The notes: a model not told the origin generated them from the letters alone. A stretch of 64,000 nt of DNA from a virus (IMGVR_UViG_3300044719_000205:4702-68701), one strand, 5' to 3'. Positions 8,450 through 17,928 are shown, counted from the stretch's first letter. A program made the numbers and translations.

Positions 8450-9005
8450 AAGGCGTGACTGGAACGTGCAGGACAGCGACTGGTGGAGCAGCGTCTACGA
8501 CGACTTTCTCGTCATCGCTGACCTGATCGGCCTCGTCACCCACAAGGGCGCCATCTCGTTCTCCGGCTTCTGGAGCCAGGGCGATGGCGCGAGCTTCGTT
8601 GGTTCCTGGACACCCGAGGAAGGCATGCTCGAAGCCGTCAAGGCGCATGCGCCCGAGGACAAGGCCTTGCACGCGCTCGTCGAGCGCCTCGTCACCGTGG
8701 TGGTGCGCCAGCGCCTGCGCAGCAACGAGAAGATCGCCGTCGAAATCGGCCGCACCGGCGGCCACTACGTGCACTCCGGGTGCATGACGGTCACCACGCA
8801 GCTCATCGACGACAGCAGCCCCGAGTACGAGGTTCACACGGACCCCGAGGAGGAAGACGAGCACGAGCTGAAGTGGACCTTCCGCGGCCTCGCTGACTGG
8901 CTGTACCGGCAGCTCGAGAAGGAGCACGAGTACCTCACCTCGGACGAAGTCGTCGATCAGAGCTTCGACGGCGAGGAGTTCGACGAAGCTGGCGAGCCGA
9001 TCTAA
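8400..9005 (+). CDS. Conserved acidic phage protein
   Basis: WWxxVYDDF, FSGFWSQGDGASF, LYRQLEKEHEYLTSDE. Confidence 0.75.
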   Translation: MKFSELPDNVKDRLRDERRDWNVQDSDWWSSVYDDFLVIADLIGLVTHKGAISFSGFWSQGDGASFVGSWTPEEGMLEAVKAHAPEDKALHALVERLVTVVVRQRLRSNEKIAVEIGRTGGHYVHSGCMTVTTQLIDDSSPEYEVHTDPEEEDEHELKWTFRGLADWLYRQLEKEHEYLTSDEVVDQSFDGEEFDEAGEPI

Positions 9006-9013
9006 GTTAGATG
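8999..9013. promoter_or_regulatory. Palindromic operator-like site (GATCTAA-G-TTAGATG)
   Basis: Motif copy at the end of the 8400 gene, upstream of the nuclease. Confidence 0.55.
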
Positions 9014-9047
9014 TAAGATCGCGGCCTCTACCCATTAAGGACATTCC

Positions 9048-9773
9048 ATGGATGCACGCGTCGCGGGCCCGATCAAGTCGTGGTCCCACTCCAAGCTCGT
9101 CGAGTTCGACAAGTGCAAGCGCCGGGTGTGGCTCATGCACGTGCAGCGCATCCCCGAACCACAGCGCCCGCTGCCGCCGGGTAAGACTGAGCACGCCAAC
9201 GACCGTGGCTCCCGCGTCCACGACAATGCCGAACGCTACGTGCGCGGCGACGATCACGTGCTATGCATCGAAGCCGAGAAGCACTTCGGCCCACAGATCG
9301 ACTTCCTGCGCGTGCTCTACCAGGAAGGGCTCGTCTCCCTCGAAGGCGAGTGGGGCGTCGACCAGGACTGGAACCCGTGCGACTACAAGAGCGCATGGCA
9401 TCGCTCCAAGCTCGATGCGATCGTGTTCTGGGACAAGACCCACGCCACGGTCATCGACTACAAGACCGGCAAGAAATTCGGCAACGAGGTCAAGCACGGC
9501 GAGCAGATGCAGCTCTACCAGCTCAACGCGTTCCTGCGCTACCCCGAGCTGGAGGAGATCACGTGCGAGCTGTGGTACCTCGACGTGAATGAGGTGACCA
9601 GCCGCACCTTCACCCGCTCGCAAGGCCTGCGCTTCAAGGACAACTTCCATCGCCGCGGCATGGCGATGACCAGCTGCACGGAGTTCCCGCCCAATGCCAA
9701 CGTCTTCTCCTGTCAATACTGCATGTACGGCTCCTGGGGCACCGGACACTGCGAAGTCGGAGTCAAGCGCTGA
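9048..9773 (+). CDS. PD-(D/E)XK exonuclease, Cas4/RecB-like, with four-Cys cluster
   Basis: WSHSKL..F.KC, G..VH, KLD, VIDYKTGK, QMQLY, C-terminal CQYC...C. Confidence 0.85.
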   Translation: MDARVAGPIKSWSHSKLVEFDKCKRRVWLMHVQRIPEPQRPLPPGKTEHANDRGSRVHDNAERYVRGDDHVLCIEAEKHFGPQIDFLRVLYQEGLVSLEGEWGVDQDWNPCDYKSAWHRSKLDAIVFWDKTHATVIDYKTGKKFGNEVKHGEQMQLYQLNAFLRYPELEEITCELWYLDVNEVTSRTFTRSQGLRFKDNFHRRGMAMTSCTEFPPNANVFSCQYCMYGSWGTGHCEVGVKR

Positions 9774-9909
9774 GGTTGTTCACGCGCTGGGCGACCCGTT
9801 TCAACCGAGCAAAACGTGGTCCTTATGTGGCGGTCATGGACCCGTTGCTTGGCCGTTGAGGGAGATAGTGACCTGTCCTCAGTGCATCAAGGCAAGGCTC
9901 CTGCGATGA
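9694..9909 (+). CDS. Small Zn-finger protein with RL tag (start uncertain, coding-like from about 9775)
   Basis: H...LCGG...VTCPQCIKARLLR. Confidence 0.55.
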   Translation: MPTSSPVNTACTAPGAPDTAKSESSAEVVHALGDPFQPSKTWSLCGGHGPVAWPLREIVTCPQCIKARLLR

Positions 9910-10091
9910 ACGAACCCACTCCCCTGCACTACGCACCGCTGCCCGGCCCCTACCGTGCGTACTGCGGCTCCGAGAGCAAGCGCTGCACACGCATGCCGCA
10001 GTTCATCACGTGCCCGACATGTCGTGAACACCAGACGGCGGCCGAGGTGTACGCACGAATCATCGGCGCTGCACAAGGACAAGGTCGATGA
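9906..10091 (+). CDS. Small Zn-finger protein
   Basis: LHY...YCGS...ITCPTC; ATGA-coupled. Confidence 0.7.
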   Translation: MNEPTPLHYAPLPGPYRAYCGSESKRCTRMPQFITCPTCREHQTAAEVYARIIGAAQGQGR

Positions 10092-10300
10092 AGAAGCACA
10101 CCCGATTGCAGAAGCGCCTCGCCAAGAAGATCCACATGCGCAACCCGGCTAACCGGCTGTACCCAAGCAACTTCACGGCGACATGGTGCGGCGCGTGGAT
10201 CACTGCCGAAGCGCGCTTCACGAGCAAGGCCGAAGGTGTCACGTGCCACATCTGCAAACGCAACGCTCGCGAATTCGCTTTGGCAAGGTTGACCAAATGA
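10088..10300 (+). CDS. Small Zn-finger protein with RL tag
   Basis: IH...WCGA...VTCHIC...EFALARLTK. Confidence 0.7.
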   Translation: MKKHTRLQKRLAKKIHMRNPANRLYPSNFTATWCGAWITAEARFTSKAEGVTCHICKRNAREFALARLTK

Positions 10301-10452
10301 AGTGGCTCGTCAGCGTCTGGAGCAATCCGAACTGTCCGCCGGTGATGGCTTTCAGCAGCCGCTGGCTGTGGCTCGCGCGCTGGCGTGCCGTGCGCTGGGC
10401 TGAGCGCAATCGCCTCGGCTTCTACTACTTCGAAACCACCCGCAAGCCATGA
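10297..10452 (+). CDS. Small Trp/Arg-rich protein
   Basis: ATGA-coupled at both ends; MKWLVSVWSNP... Confidence 0.6.
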   Translation: MKWLVSVWSNPNCPPVMAFSSRWLWLARWRAVRWAERNRLGFYYFETTRKP

Positions 10453-11900
10453 TCAAGTCCCGCGCCAAAGCTCAAGCCATCAAGGCAATGGCCCACCAGG
10501 AAGTCTCGATCAAGCACAGCAACAAGACGAACATCGTCTTCGACTGCAGCGATCCGGGCACCGGCAAGACCTTCGTGCGCATCGCCGTGTTCGCTGAGCG
10601 CCGGCGCAAGAAGAAAGCCGGCTGTGCGCTGGTGCTTGCTCCGCGCTCCCTGCTGAAGACCACCTGGGCCGACGACTTCAAGAAGTTCGCCCCGGACATG
10701 AAGGTCTCGGTGGCGCGCGCCGAGAACCGCGAGGAAGCGTTCAAGGCCGATGCTGACGTGTACGTGACCAACCACGACGGTGTGAAGTGGCTCAAGACCC
10801 AGCCCAAGGCTTTCTGGGCGAAGTTCGAGGAACTCATCATCGACGAGTCCACGGCGTACAAGCACCACACCAGCCAGCGCAGCAAGGCTGTCGCCAAGAT
10901 CGCCCACCAGAAGATCGCGAGCAAGCCCGTCTTCAAGTACCGCTCGGCGATGACCGGCACGCCGAATTCCAGATCCATCACCGACGTGTGGCATCAGGCG
11001 TACATCCTCGACGAGGGCGCGCGCTTGGGCCCGAACTTCTACCAATTCCGCAACGCCGTCTCCATCCCCGAGCAGGTTGGCCGGCGCGCCGAGGCTGTGC
11101 GCTGGGTCGACAAGCCCGGCGCCGAGGAAGCGGTGTTCGGCCTGCTCAACGACATCGTCATCCGGCACAAGTTCGAGGACTGCGTCGACATCCCCGAGAA
11201 CCACGAGTACACGCTCGACTTCGAGCTGACGCCGAAGATGCGCAAGGCCTACGAGCAGCTGGAACGCGATGCGATCCTGCCGCTGCTCGGCGACAAGGTC
11301 GCCCAGGCACGGGCGCGGCTCAAGGGCCTACCCACCGAGCTGACCGCTGTCAACGCAGCCGCGGTGATGACCAAGATGCTGCAGGTCTGCAGCGGTGCGG
11401 TGTACGACAACGACCGGCAGTATCACTGGGTCGACGATGCGCGCTATGAGCTGGTGATGGACCTCGTCGAAGAGCGCGAGGGCCGCCACCCGCTGGTGTT
11501 CTTCTACTGGCAGCACCAGCGCGACTTCCTCAGCCAGGAGGCCGAGAAACGCGGCCTAGCCTGGGCGGTGATCGATGGCAACAGCACCGACAAGGAGCGC
11601 GACGCTACGGTCTATGCGTACAACCAGGGCAAGTACGACGTGCTGTTCGCGCACCCGCTCGCGGTAGCGCACGGTATGACCCTCATCAAGGGCACGTCGA
11701 CGATCTGGACCGGGCCGACCTACAACGCCGAGTGGTACAAGCAGGGCTCGCGCCGGCAGTACCGCATCGGCCAGAAGAAGAAGACCGAGAACGTCATGGT
11801 GTTGGCGGCCGACACCCGCGAGCACGACGTGTACCAGATCCTGCTGGGCAAGAATGCCCGCATGAAGTCCCTGCTCGACCTCTTCCAGACTGCGGTATGA
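10449..11900 (+). CDS. SNF2-like (SF2) DNA helicase
   Basis: SDPGTGKT, LIIDES, MTGTP, HGMTL, RQYRIGQ. Confidence 0.88.
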   Translation: MIKSRAKAQAIKAMAHQEVSIKHSNKTNIVFDCSDPGTGKTFVRIAVFAERRRKKKAGCALVLAPRSLLKTTWADDFKKFAPDMKVSVARAENREEAFKADADVYVTNHDGVKWLKTQPKAFWAKFEELIIDESTAYKHHTSQRSKAVAKIAHQKIASKPVFKYRSAMTGTPNSRSITDVWHQAYILDEGARLGPNFYQFRNAVSIPEQVGRRAEAVRWVDKPGAEEAVFGLLNDIVIRHKFEDCVDIPENHEYTLDFELTPKMRKAYEQLERDAILPLLGDKVAQARARLKGLPTELTAVNAAAVMTKMLQVCSGAVYDNDRQYHWVDDARYELVMDLVEEREGRHPLVFFYWQHQRDFLSQEAEKRGLAWAVIDGNSTDKERDATVYAYNQGKYDVLFAHPLAVAHGMTLIKGTSTIWTGPTYNAEWYKQGSRRQYRIGQKKKTENVMVLAADTREHDVYQILLGKNARMKSLLDLFQTAV

Positions 11901-12130
11901 CGAATGCCGAACTCCTCACGGTGTTCGCTGCGCGAATCGACGCGGCGGGCACGACGATGTTCATGCCAGCCGATGAGTTTCGGCAGCTCATCGAGTTGAT
12001 CGGCTACATCGGATTTGATTACGAGTGTGTCGGGAAAACAGTAGCGATCTACCTGACGGAAGCACGCCGCGCGCTCGACATGGCGCGTACTCAACTGGCC
12101 TTGCAAGTCAAACAACGCATTACCCAATGA
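11897..12130 (+). CDS. Hypothetical protein
   Basis: ATGA start 11897; ends LALQVKQRITQ. Confidence 0.65.
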   Translation: MTNAELLTVFAARIDAAGTTMFMPADEFRQLIELIGYIGFDYECVGKTVAIYLTEARRALDMARTQLALQVKQRITQ

Positions 12131-12444
12131 GCAACACGAACACCGGCGCAATGATGCAGGCGCAACAAGGCGGCATCACTCCTGAGGGCAAGCTACGTGA
12201 GTTGTTCCGCGACGAATTCCGCATGAAGGTGCTGCGCGCCTCGGTACCGGAGTTCGTGATGCTGGTCGAGCTGTTGCTCAACGACCTGGATCGCCAACGC
12301 AAAGAGCAAGCGAAATACGCGCAGATCAGCACCCTCGAGATCGAACGCCTGAGGCAGCAGATACTGCAGGAGGCGCAGAAGAAGGAAGCCGGGAGGACTA
12401 CTGTCCCTTGGTGGGAAGCAAGTACGGGGAAATGGGTGCCATGA
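12127..12444 (+). CDS. Hypothetical coiled-coil protein
   Basis: ATGA-coupled at both ends. Confidence 0.65.
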   Translation: MSNTNTGAMMQAQQGGITPEGKLRELFRDEFRMKVLRASVPEFVMLVELLLNDLDRQRKEQAKYAQISTLEIERLRQQILQEAQKKEAGRTTVPWWEASTGKWVP

Positions 12445-12764
12445 AACGCCGCGCTCCTGCCCGCGTCAACGCCAAGTCGACGGCGGTGATGCTCAGCTCG
12501 ATGATGCACCGGGCACGCACGGTGGCGCAGCTCGTGGAAGACACGGGCCTTGCCGTCTGCACCGTGCGTCGCTATATCCGCGCGCTGCACGAGCACAACC
12601 CGAAGGTGGTGTTTATCGCGATGCGCGTGCCGGATCAGCACGGCAAGATGAACACCAAGGCCTACATGGTCGGCGATGCACCGGATGCACCGCCGTGCCC
12701 AAAGACGGCCAAGCAAAACGAAGCCGCGTATGCCGAGCGCAAACGCAAGAAAGGAACACGCTGA
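12441..12764 (+). CDS. Putative helix-turn-helix DNA-binding protein
   Basis: TVAQLVEDTGLAVCTVRRYIRAL fits an HTH pattern; basic C-terminus. Confidence 0.6.
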   Translation: MKRRAPARVNAKSTAVMLSSMMHRARTVAQLVEDTGLAVCTVRRYIRALHEHNPKVVFIAMRVPDQHGKMNTKAYMVGDAPDAPPCPKTAKQNEAAYAERKRKKGTR

Positions 12765-14812
12765 TGGGCTGGGGCTCCGCACTGAAGAAGGCTCGCACCT
12801 TCGAGACCGAGTCGGCCATCCGGCCGCAGATTAGCAACGAGCAGATCGACTGGGACCGGCTGGTCTCGCTCGACTTCGAGTCGTACTACGACAGCGACTA
12901 CACGCTCAGGAAGCTCTCGACCTCCGAGTACATCCGCGATCCGCGCTTCGAGGCGCTGATGTGCGGCATCAAGGTCGGGCGCAGGAAGACCAAGCTCGTG
13001 CACGGCCCCAAGATCGCTGAGGAGCTGCGCAAGATCAATTGGGACACCCATTCCCTGCTCGCCCACCATGCGCAGTTCGACGGCTTCATCCTGAGCCACC
13101 ACTACGGCGTCAAGCCCAGGCGCATCTACTGCACGCTGTCGATGGCGCGCGGGCTGCACTCGACCGAGATCGGCGCCGGCCTCGACGAGGTGAGCCAGTT
13201 CTATGGCGGCCGCGGCAAGATCGCCGGCGGCGTCGAGAACATGGCGGGCCTGCACTACAAGGACCTCGTCAAGGACAAGGCGAAGTGGCAGGCCGCAGCC
13301 GACTACTGCGTCAACGACGTGGAGGAGATGTACCGGATCTTCCAGGCCATGCACCCGCAGATGCCCGCCGAGGAGATGGACATCATCGACATCACGTGCC
13401 GGCTGTTCACGGACCCGGTGCTGCTGGTTGATGAAGAGCGCGTCACCAAGGAACTCGAGCGCGAGCTGGAGGAGAAAAAGCAGCTGCTGATCTCCATCAT
13501 CGGTACGCCCAAGGTGGTCAAGGCCCGGCTCACCCAGATCCTCGACGACAAGAAGCTCCAGGCGAAGAAGCAGTTCCAGGGCTGGACCGCCGAGGAGATC
13601 CTGCTCGAGGAAGCGCGCAAGATGATCTCGAGCAACGAGAGCTTCGCGGACCTCCTGCGCGCCGAAGGCGTCGAGCCGCCGGTGAAGATCAGCCCGGCGT
13701 ACTTCAAGCACCGCGACGAATCCAAGAAGTGGGCCTATGCGTTCGCCAAGACCGATCTCAACTTCACCCAGCTCAGCGAGCACCCGAAGAAGCGCGTGCG
13801 TGACCTCGTCGAGTGCCGGTTGAGTGTGAAGAGCACGATCGACGAGACACGTGCCGGTCGGCTGCTGCAGGCCGGCAAGGGCGGCCTGCCGCTGCCGGTG
13901 TATCTGCGCTACTACGGCGCTCACACCGGCCGCTGGTCGGGCGGCAACAAGATGAACCTGCAGAACCTGCGCCGAGGCGGGGAGCTGCGCAAGTCGATCA
14001 AGGCGCCGAAGGGCCACATGGTCCTGGTCGCCGACTCGGGCCAGATCGAGGCGCGCGTCAACGCGTGGCTGTGGGGTCAGGAAGACCTCTTGGAGGCATT
14101 CCTGCGCGGCGACCGCAAGGAAGACCGCGACGTGTACTGCAAGTTCGCCGACGAGATCTATGGTCGCGAGATCAAGAAAGGCGTCGACGACCTGGAGCGC
14201 TTCGTCGGCAAGATCGCCGTGCTCGGCCTCGGGTACCAGATGGGCGCGCCGAAGTTCCAGAACACCCTCGCGCTCGGCACGATGGGGCCGCCGGTGTACT
14301 TCGAGCTGGACATGTGCCAGAAGATCGTCAACGCGTACCGGCGCAAGAACTACAAGATCCAGCAGGGCTGGGGCATCTGCACACGGATCATCCACGACAT
14401 GGCCGCTGGGCGCTGCGGCACGCACGGGCCGATCTCCTGGGAGAAGGAGACGATCTGGTTGCCCAATGGCATGGCCTTGAAGTACCCGGACCTGAAACTC
14501 AAGGTCGACGGGGAGTTCGAGGAGTGGAGCTACTCCCGCAAGGGCGAGCGCGCCAAGATCTACGGCGGCCTGCTGTGCGAGAACATCGTGCAGGCGCTGG
14601 CGCGGATCATCGTCGGCTGGCAGCTGCTGCAGATCGCCAAACTGATGCGCGTCGTCATGACCACGCACGATGAGGTGGTGGCGATCGAGAAGGCCAAGGC
14701 CGCGCAGAAGAGCTTCGACCGCATGATCCAGATCATGCGCACGCCGCCCGAGTGGTGCGCCGACATCCCGCTCAATGCGGAAGGCGGTTTCGATGTCATC
14801 TACTCGAAATGA
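12764..14812 (+). CDS. polA: DNA polymerase, family A, with 3'-5' exonuclease domain
   Basis: ExoI DFESY, HTGRWSG, NLQNL, motif A DSGQIEAR, motif B KIAVLGLGY, motif C THDEV; TGATG start 12764. Confidence 0.92.
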   Translation: MGWGSALKKARTFETESAIRPQISNEQIDWDRLVSLDFESYYDSDYTLRKLSTSEYIRDPRFEALMCGIKVGRRKTKLVHGPKIAEELRKINWDTHSLLAHHAQFDGFILSHHYGVKPRRIYCTLSMARGLHSTEIGAGLDEVSQFYGGRGKIAGGVENMAGLHYKDLVKDKAKWQAAADYCVNDVEEMYRIFQAMHPQMPAEEMDIIDITCRLFTDPVLLVDEERVTKELERELEEKKQLLISIIGTPKVVKARLTQILDDKKLQAKKQFQGWTAEEILLEEARKMISSNESFADLLRAEGVEPPVKISPAYFKHRDESKKWAYAFAKTDLNFTQLSEHPKKRVRDLVECRLSVKSTIDETRAGRLLQAGKGGLPLPVYLRYYGAHTGRWSGGNKMNLQNLRRGGELRKSIKAPKGHMVLVADSGQIEARVNAWLWGQEDLLEAFLRGDRKEDRDVYCKFADEIYGREIKKGVDDLERFVGKIAVLGLGYQMGAPKFQNTLALGTMGPPVYFELDMCQKIVNAYRRKNYKIQQGWGICTRIIHDMAAGRCGTHGPISWEKETIWLPNGMALKYPDLKLKVDGEFEEWSYSRKGERAKIYGGLLCENIVQALARIIVGWQLLQIAKLMRVVMTTHDEVVAIEKAKAAQKSFDRMIQIMRTPPEWCADIPLNAEGGFDVIYSK

Positions 14813-14996
14813 TGCGCTGCGCCAATACATCCGCGAGCTGGCCGTGCTCGAGTATTTCGTCGTGTTGCGCCTCAATACACTAGTGAATGGTTACGACGGG
14901 CTCATCACTAGTTCGAAGTTCCGTGCGCTGCGCTGGCTCATCACGAACTGGCGCGAGCACCAGCAGAAGGCCGTCCTCGCCCGACTGCAATCCTGA
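14793..14996 (+). CDS. Small protein with RL tag
   Basis: Ends EHQQKAVLARLQS. Confidence 0.55.
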   Translation: MSSTRNDALRQYIRELAVLEYFVVLRLNTLVNGYDGLITSSKFRALRWLITNWREHQQKAVLARLQS

Positions 14997-15073
14997 GTGA
15001 TCTACTCAGGTTCACCCGCCCTGGCTGAATGATTCATTAGACTTCGTTTGACGAAGCGTTCAGTGGGCCTTTA

Positions 15074-15099
15074 CGTCTATCTTCGATCGAAGTACGATC
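15074..15099. promoter_or_regulatory. Tandem operator-like sites (15074-15088 and 15085-15099)
   Basis: CGTCTAT-C-TTCGATC overlapping GATCGAA-G-TACGATC, offset 11 bp, upstream of 15121. Confidence 0.6.
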
Positions 15100-15120
15100 G
15101 AATCTCACCAAGGAGCAAGC

Positions 15121-15546
15121 ATGGCACGAGCCGCAGTGAAGGACGCCGCCACCGCCAAAGCCGTGAAGCTGCGGCTGGTCGGCACCATCGGTGGCATGAC
15201 CGACGAGATGTTCGACTTGCGCGAGAAGAAGCGCGCACTCGAAGCCCAGATCGCCGAGATCGAAGAGCAGTACAAGGCGATCGAGGAGAAGCTCATGGAG
15301 CGCCTCGAAGCCGAGGGCACCGACAAGGGCGCGGGCAAGAAGGCCTCGTGCTCGATCACCAGCTCGGTGGTCGCCAACGTCACCGACTGGGACGAGTTCG
15401 GCGCCTTCATCCTCAAGCACAAGTACCTCCACCTTCTGCAGCGGCGGGTCTCCGATCCGGCGGTGCGTGAGCTGTTCGAGACCAAGGGCAAGGTGCCCGG
15501 TGTCGAGCCGTTCACCAAGAAGAAGCTCAACCTCCGCGTCATCTGA
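15121..15546 (+). CDS. Coiled-coil protein, Gam/Gp157-like
   Basis: N-terminal heptad helix, VTDWDEF..F, LLQRRVS, VPGV; AAGGAG SD. Confidence 0.55.
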   Translation: MARAAVKDAATAKAVKLRLVGTIGGMTDEMFDLREKKRALEAQIAEIEEQYKAIEEKLMERLEAEGTDKGAGKKASCSITSSVVANVTDWDEFGAFILKHKYLHLLQRRVSDPAVRELFETKGKVPGVEPFTKKKLNLRVI

Positions 15547-15559
15547 AAGGACCGCATCC

Positions 15560-16351
15560 ATGGCAACCGCCAAGAAGGCCGCTGCGTCGGCCAAGACCTC
15601 CAGTTCGACCGCCGTGGCGGTCAAGAAGACCGGCCAGCTCGCCGACGTGAAGTCGATCCAGGAGGCGCTCAAGAAGCAGGCCGCCGATCTCGCCAACAAG
15701 GTCGCGCCGGCTTCGGGCATCACCATCCAGGTCACCCAGAGCAAGCAGTTCAAGTTCCCCGACGGCAACACTGCCGACACCTTCCAGGGCGTGATCGTCG
15801 ACTTCGTCTCGGCCAACCTCTTCTACGAAGGCGCCTACGACAAGGACAACATCCAGCCGCCGGCCTGCTTCGCCATTGGCGAGAGCCCGCTGACCCTGGT
15901 GCCCTCCGACAACTCGCCGGTCAAGCAGAGCGACCAGTGCAAGGGCTGCCCGATGAACGACTTCGGCTCGGCCGGCAAGGGCAAGGCGTGCAAGAACACG
16001 CGCGTGCTGGCCGTGCTGCCGCCGGATGCCGACGCCGACACGCCGATCTGGCTGCTCAAGGTGAGCCCGACTGCGTTGAAGCGCTTCGACAGCTATGTGC
16101 GCAGCGTGGCCTCGGCGTTCGGCATGCCGCCGGTGGCCGTGGTGACCACGTTCGGCTTCGACGAGGGCAGCGACTACGCCTCCCTCACCTTCAGCGACCC
16201 GCAGGCCAACGAGAACATCGCCATCTGCTACGAGCGCCAGGAGGAAGCGAAGAAGCTGCTGTTCACCGAGCCCGACGTGAGCCAGTTCCAGGCCGAGCAG
16301 CCCAAGGGCAAGGCTCCGGCCAAGAAGGTTGCCGCCGGCGGCCGTCGCTGA
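15560..16351 (+). CDS. Putative single-stranded DNA-binding / recombination protein
   Basis: PACF...C..CPMN.FGS.GKGKACKN motif, location in the replication module. Confidence 0.55.
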   Translation: MATAKKAAASAKTSSSTAVAVKKTGQLADVKSIQEALKKQAADLANKVAPASGITIQVTQSKQFKFPDGNTADTFQGVIVDFVSANLFYEGAYDKDNIQPPACFAIGESPLTLVPSDNSPVKQSDQCKGCPMNDFGSAGKGKACKNTRVLAVLPPDADADTPIWLLKVSPTALKRFDSYVRSVASAFGMPPVAVVTTFGFDEGSDYASLTFSDPQANENIAICYERQEEAKKLLFTEPDVSQFQAEQPKGKAPAKKVAAGGRR

Positions 16352-16367
16352 TCGATGACGGGCGTGC

Positions 16368-16382
16368 GATCGAAGGTAGATC
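16368..16382. promoter_or_regulatory. Palindromic operator-like site (GATCGAA-G-GTAGATC)
   Basis: Intergenic copy of the motif. Confidence 0.55.
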
Positions 16383-16448
16383 GTAGACAACACGCCCGTT
16401 TCTTTGTACTCTCACGCCCCTCCGCTTATGGCAGTCCGCAAATGGCAC

Positions 16449-16694
16449 ATGACGCGCGCACTGGAGAGCTACTCCGCGCTCAACGAGGTCATCGGCGAGC
16501 TGACCGAAGAGGAAGTGCTGGCGTGCCTCGAACTCGAGGCCGCCACACGCCGCAGGCGGTCGGTGATCGACCGTCTGATTTCCAGAGCCGTGCGCTTGCA
16601 CGAGATCCCCTACGCCACCTACCTCAAGGAGAAATTCTGTGGCACGTACCCCCAAGACCCTGTCCCCCGAAGAGCTGAAGGCCAAGAAGGCTGA
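16449..16694 (+). CDS. Conserved small phage protein
   Basis: S..ALNE....LTEEEVL..LE.E...RRR.SVI.RL pattern. Confidence 0.65.
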   Translation: MTRALESYSALNEVIGELTEEEVLACLELEAATRRRRSVIDRLISRAVRLHEIPYATYLKEKFCGTYPQDPVPRRAEGQEG

Positions 16695-16974
16695 CCTGAA
16701 GAAGGCGCTCGCCAACCAGAAGGCCGAAGTCGCCAAGGTCGAGAAGGAGAAGTCCGCCGCGGCCAAGGCCTACGACGCCGCGAAGAAGGAAGCCGGCAAG
16801 GCCCTGGCTGCCGCGCAGAAGGCGCACGACGCTGCGGTGAAGGAAGCGACCAAGGCTTACGACGCCGTGGTGAAGAAGACCACCAAGCTGCTCGAAGCCG
16901 GCGCCAAGGGCGTTGCCAAGGTCGAGAGCCAGCTGGCTGCGCTGGAGCCCACCGGCGCCGGCGAAGCGGCGTAA
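16639..16974 (+). CDS. Lys/Ala-rich helical protein, possibly nucleic-acid binding
   Basis: GTG after AAGGAG; K/A-rich throughout. Confidence 0.7.
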   Translation: MARTPKTLSPEELKAKKADLKKALANQKAEVAKVEKEKSAAAKAYDAAKKEAGKALAAAQKAHDAAVKEATKAYDAVVKKTTKLLEAGAKGVAKVESQLAALEPTGAGEAA

Positions 16975-17003
16975 GCTGACGATCTCGGCAGTGCACGGCT
17001 TCT

Positions 17004-17035
17004 GGCCCCTGGGCCGTGAACCAGGGGCCGTTCTT
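17004..17035 (+). terminator. Terminator-like hairpin
   Basis: GGCCCCTGG-8nt-CCAGGGGCC followed by GTTCTT. Confidence 0.5.
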
Positions 17036-17059
17036 CATCGCAACAAGAAGCTGGGAACC

Positions 17060-17632
17060 ATGAACCACGTGATGCTGGATCTGGAGACATTGGGGACGAC
17101 CGCCGACGCGGCCGTGCTGAGCATCGGCGCTGTGCGTTTCGACCCGCACGCGGACAAGTTGGGCGAACGCCCTGACGACAAGTTCTACGCGTCGATCTCG
17201 ATCGACTCGAATCAAGTCCTGGGCCGCCGCATCCAGGAGGACACGATGCTGTGGTGGCTCACACAGTCGCGCGAGGCCCAGCAGGTGTTCCACGAACCGA
17301 AGCAGACGCTCGAAGCAGCGCTGCTCGCCCTGACGGACTGGCTGGCGCCGATCGGCGACAAGATCGAAGTCTGGGCCAAGCCGGCGAAGTTCGACATCGC
17401 CATCCTCGAGCACGCATTCGCGCAGGTCAACCTCGATTGCCCCTGGCCGCACTGGGCCTCGAACTGCCTCGCGAGCTTCAAGAAGCGGGTCTATGAACTC
17501 GATGCAGTCGGCGTGCCGTCGGCCCCGAAGCCCGAGATCGCCCACAACGCCCTGCATGATGCGATCGCCCAGGCGAAGTACGTGCAGCTCCTCATCGCCC
17601 ATCGTCGGCATCTCCTGAACCTTGCAGCATGA
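17060..17632 (+). CDS. DEDD 3'-5' exoribonuclease (Rv2179c/DUF5051-like)
   Basis: HVMLDLETLG, VLSIGAV.FD, T..WW..QS.EA, FDIAIL, HNALHDA. Confidence 0.85.
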   Translation: MNHVMLDLETLGTTADAAVLSIGAVRFDPHADKLGERPDDKFYASISIDSNQVLGRRIQEDTMLWWLTQSREAQQVFHEPKQTLEAALLALTDWLAPIGDKIEVWAKPAKFDIAILEHAFAQVNLDCPWPHWASNCLASFKKRVYELDAVGVPSAPKPEIAHNALHDAIAQAKYVQLLIAHRRHLLNLAA

Positions 17633-17928
17633 GCAGCATGAGCAGCATCACCGACACCCTGACCCAGCGCGGCGCGCGCTATGGCGAGTTCATCGAGAAC
17701 GCCGTCATCGCCCAGAAGCTCAAGGAGGCCATGGCCTCCCACGAGGGCTGGACGCGGCTCAAGCCGGACCAGCGCGAGGCCCTGGAGGTCATCGCGCAGA
17801 AGATGTCGCGCATCGTCACCGGCGATGGCGACTACCACGACAACTGGCACGACATCATGGGCTACGCCAAGCTCGTCGAGGATCGCATCCACAAGCTGGC
17901 CGCGCCCGCGGCGAAGAAGGGCCGTTGA
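17629..17928 (+). CDS. DUF6378-like conserved phage protein
   Basis: L..RG.RYG.F, QREALE.I..K..RI..GD..Y.DNW.DI.GYA.LV. Confidence 0.75.
   Translation: MSSMSSITDTLTQRGARYGEFIENAVIAQKLKEAMASHEGWTRLKPDQREALEVIAQKMSRIVTGDGDYHDNWHDIMGYAKLVEDRIHKLAAPAAKKGR

Noticed and set aside
9048-9773. Cas4-like nuclease as part of a CRISPR system
   Set aside because: It is solitary, among recombination/replication genes, with no array or other cas genes.
12662-14875. 737-aa minus-strand ORF
   Set aside because: Antisense shadow of polA.
15048-15083. Sigma-70 promoter at TTGACG
   Set aside because: No acceptable -10 hexamer at 16-18 bp spacing.
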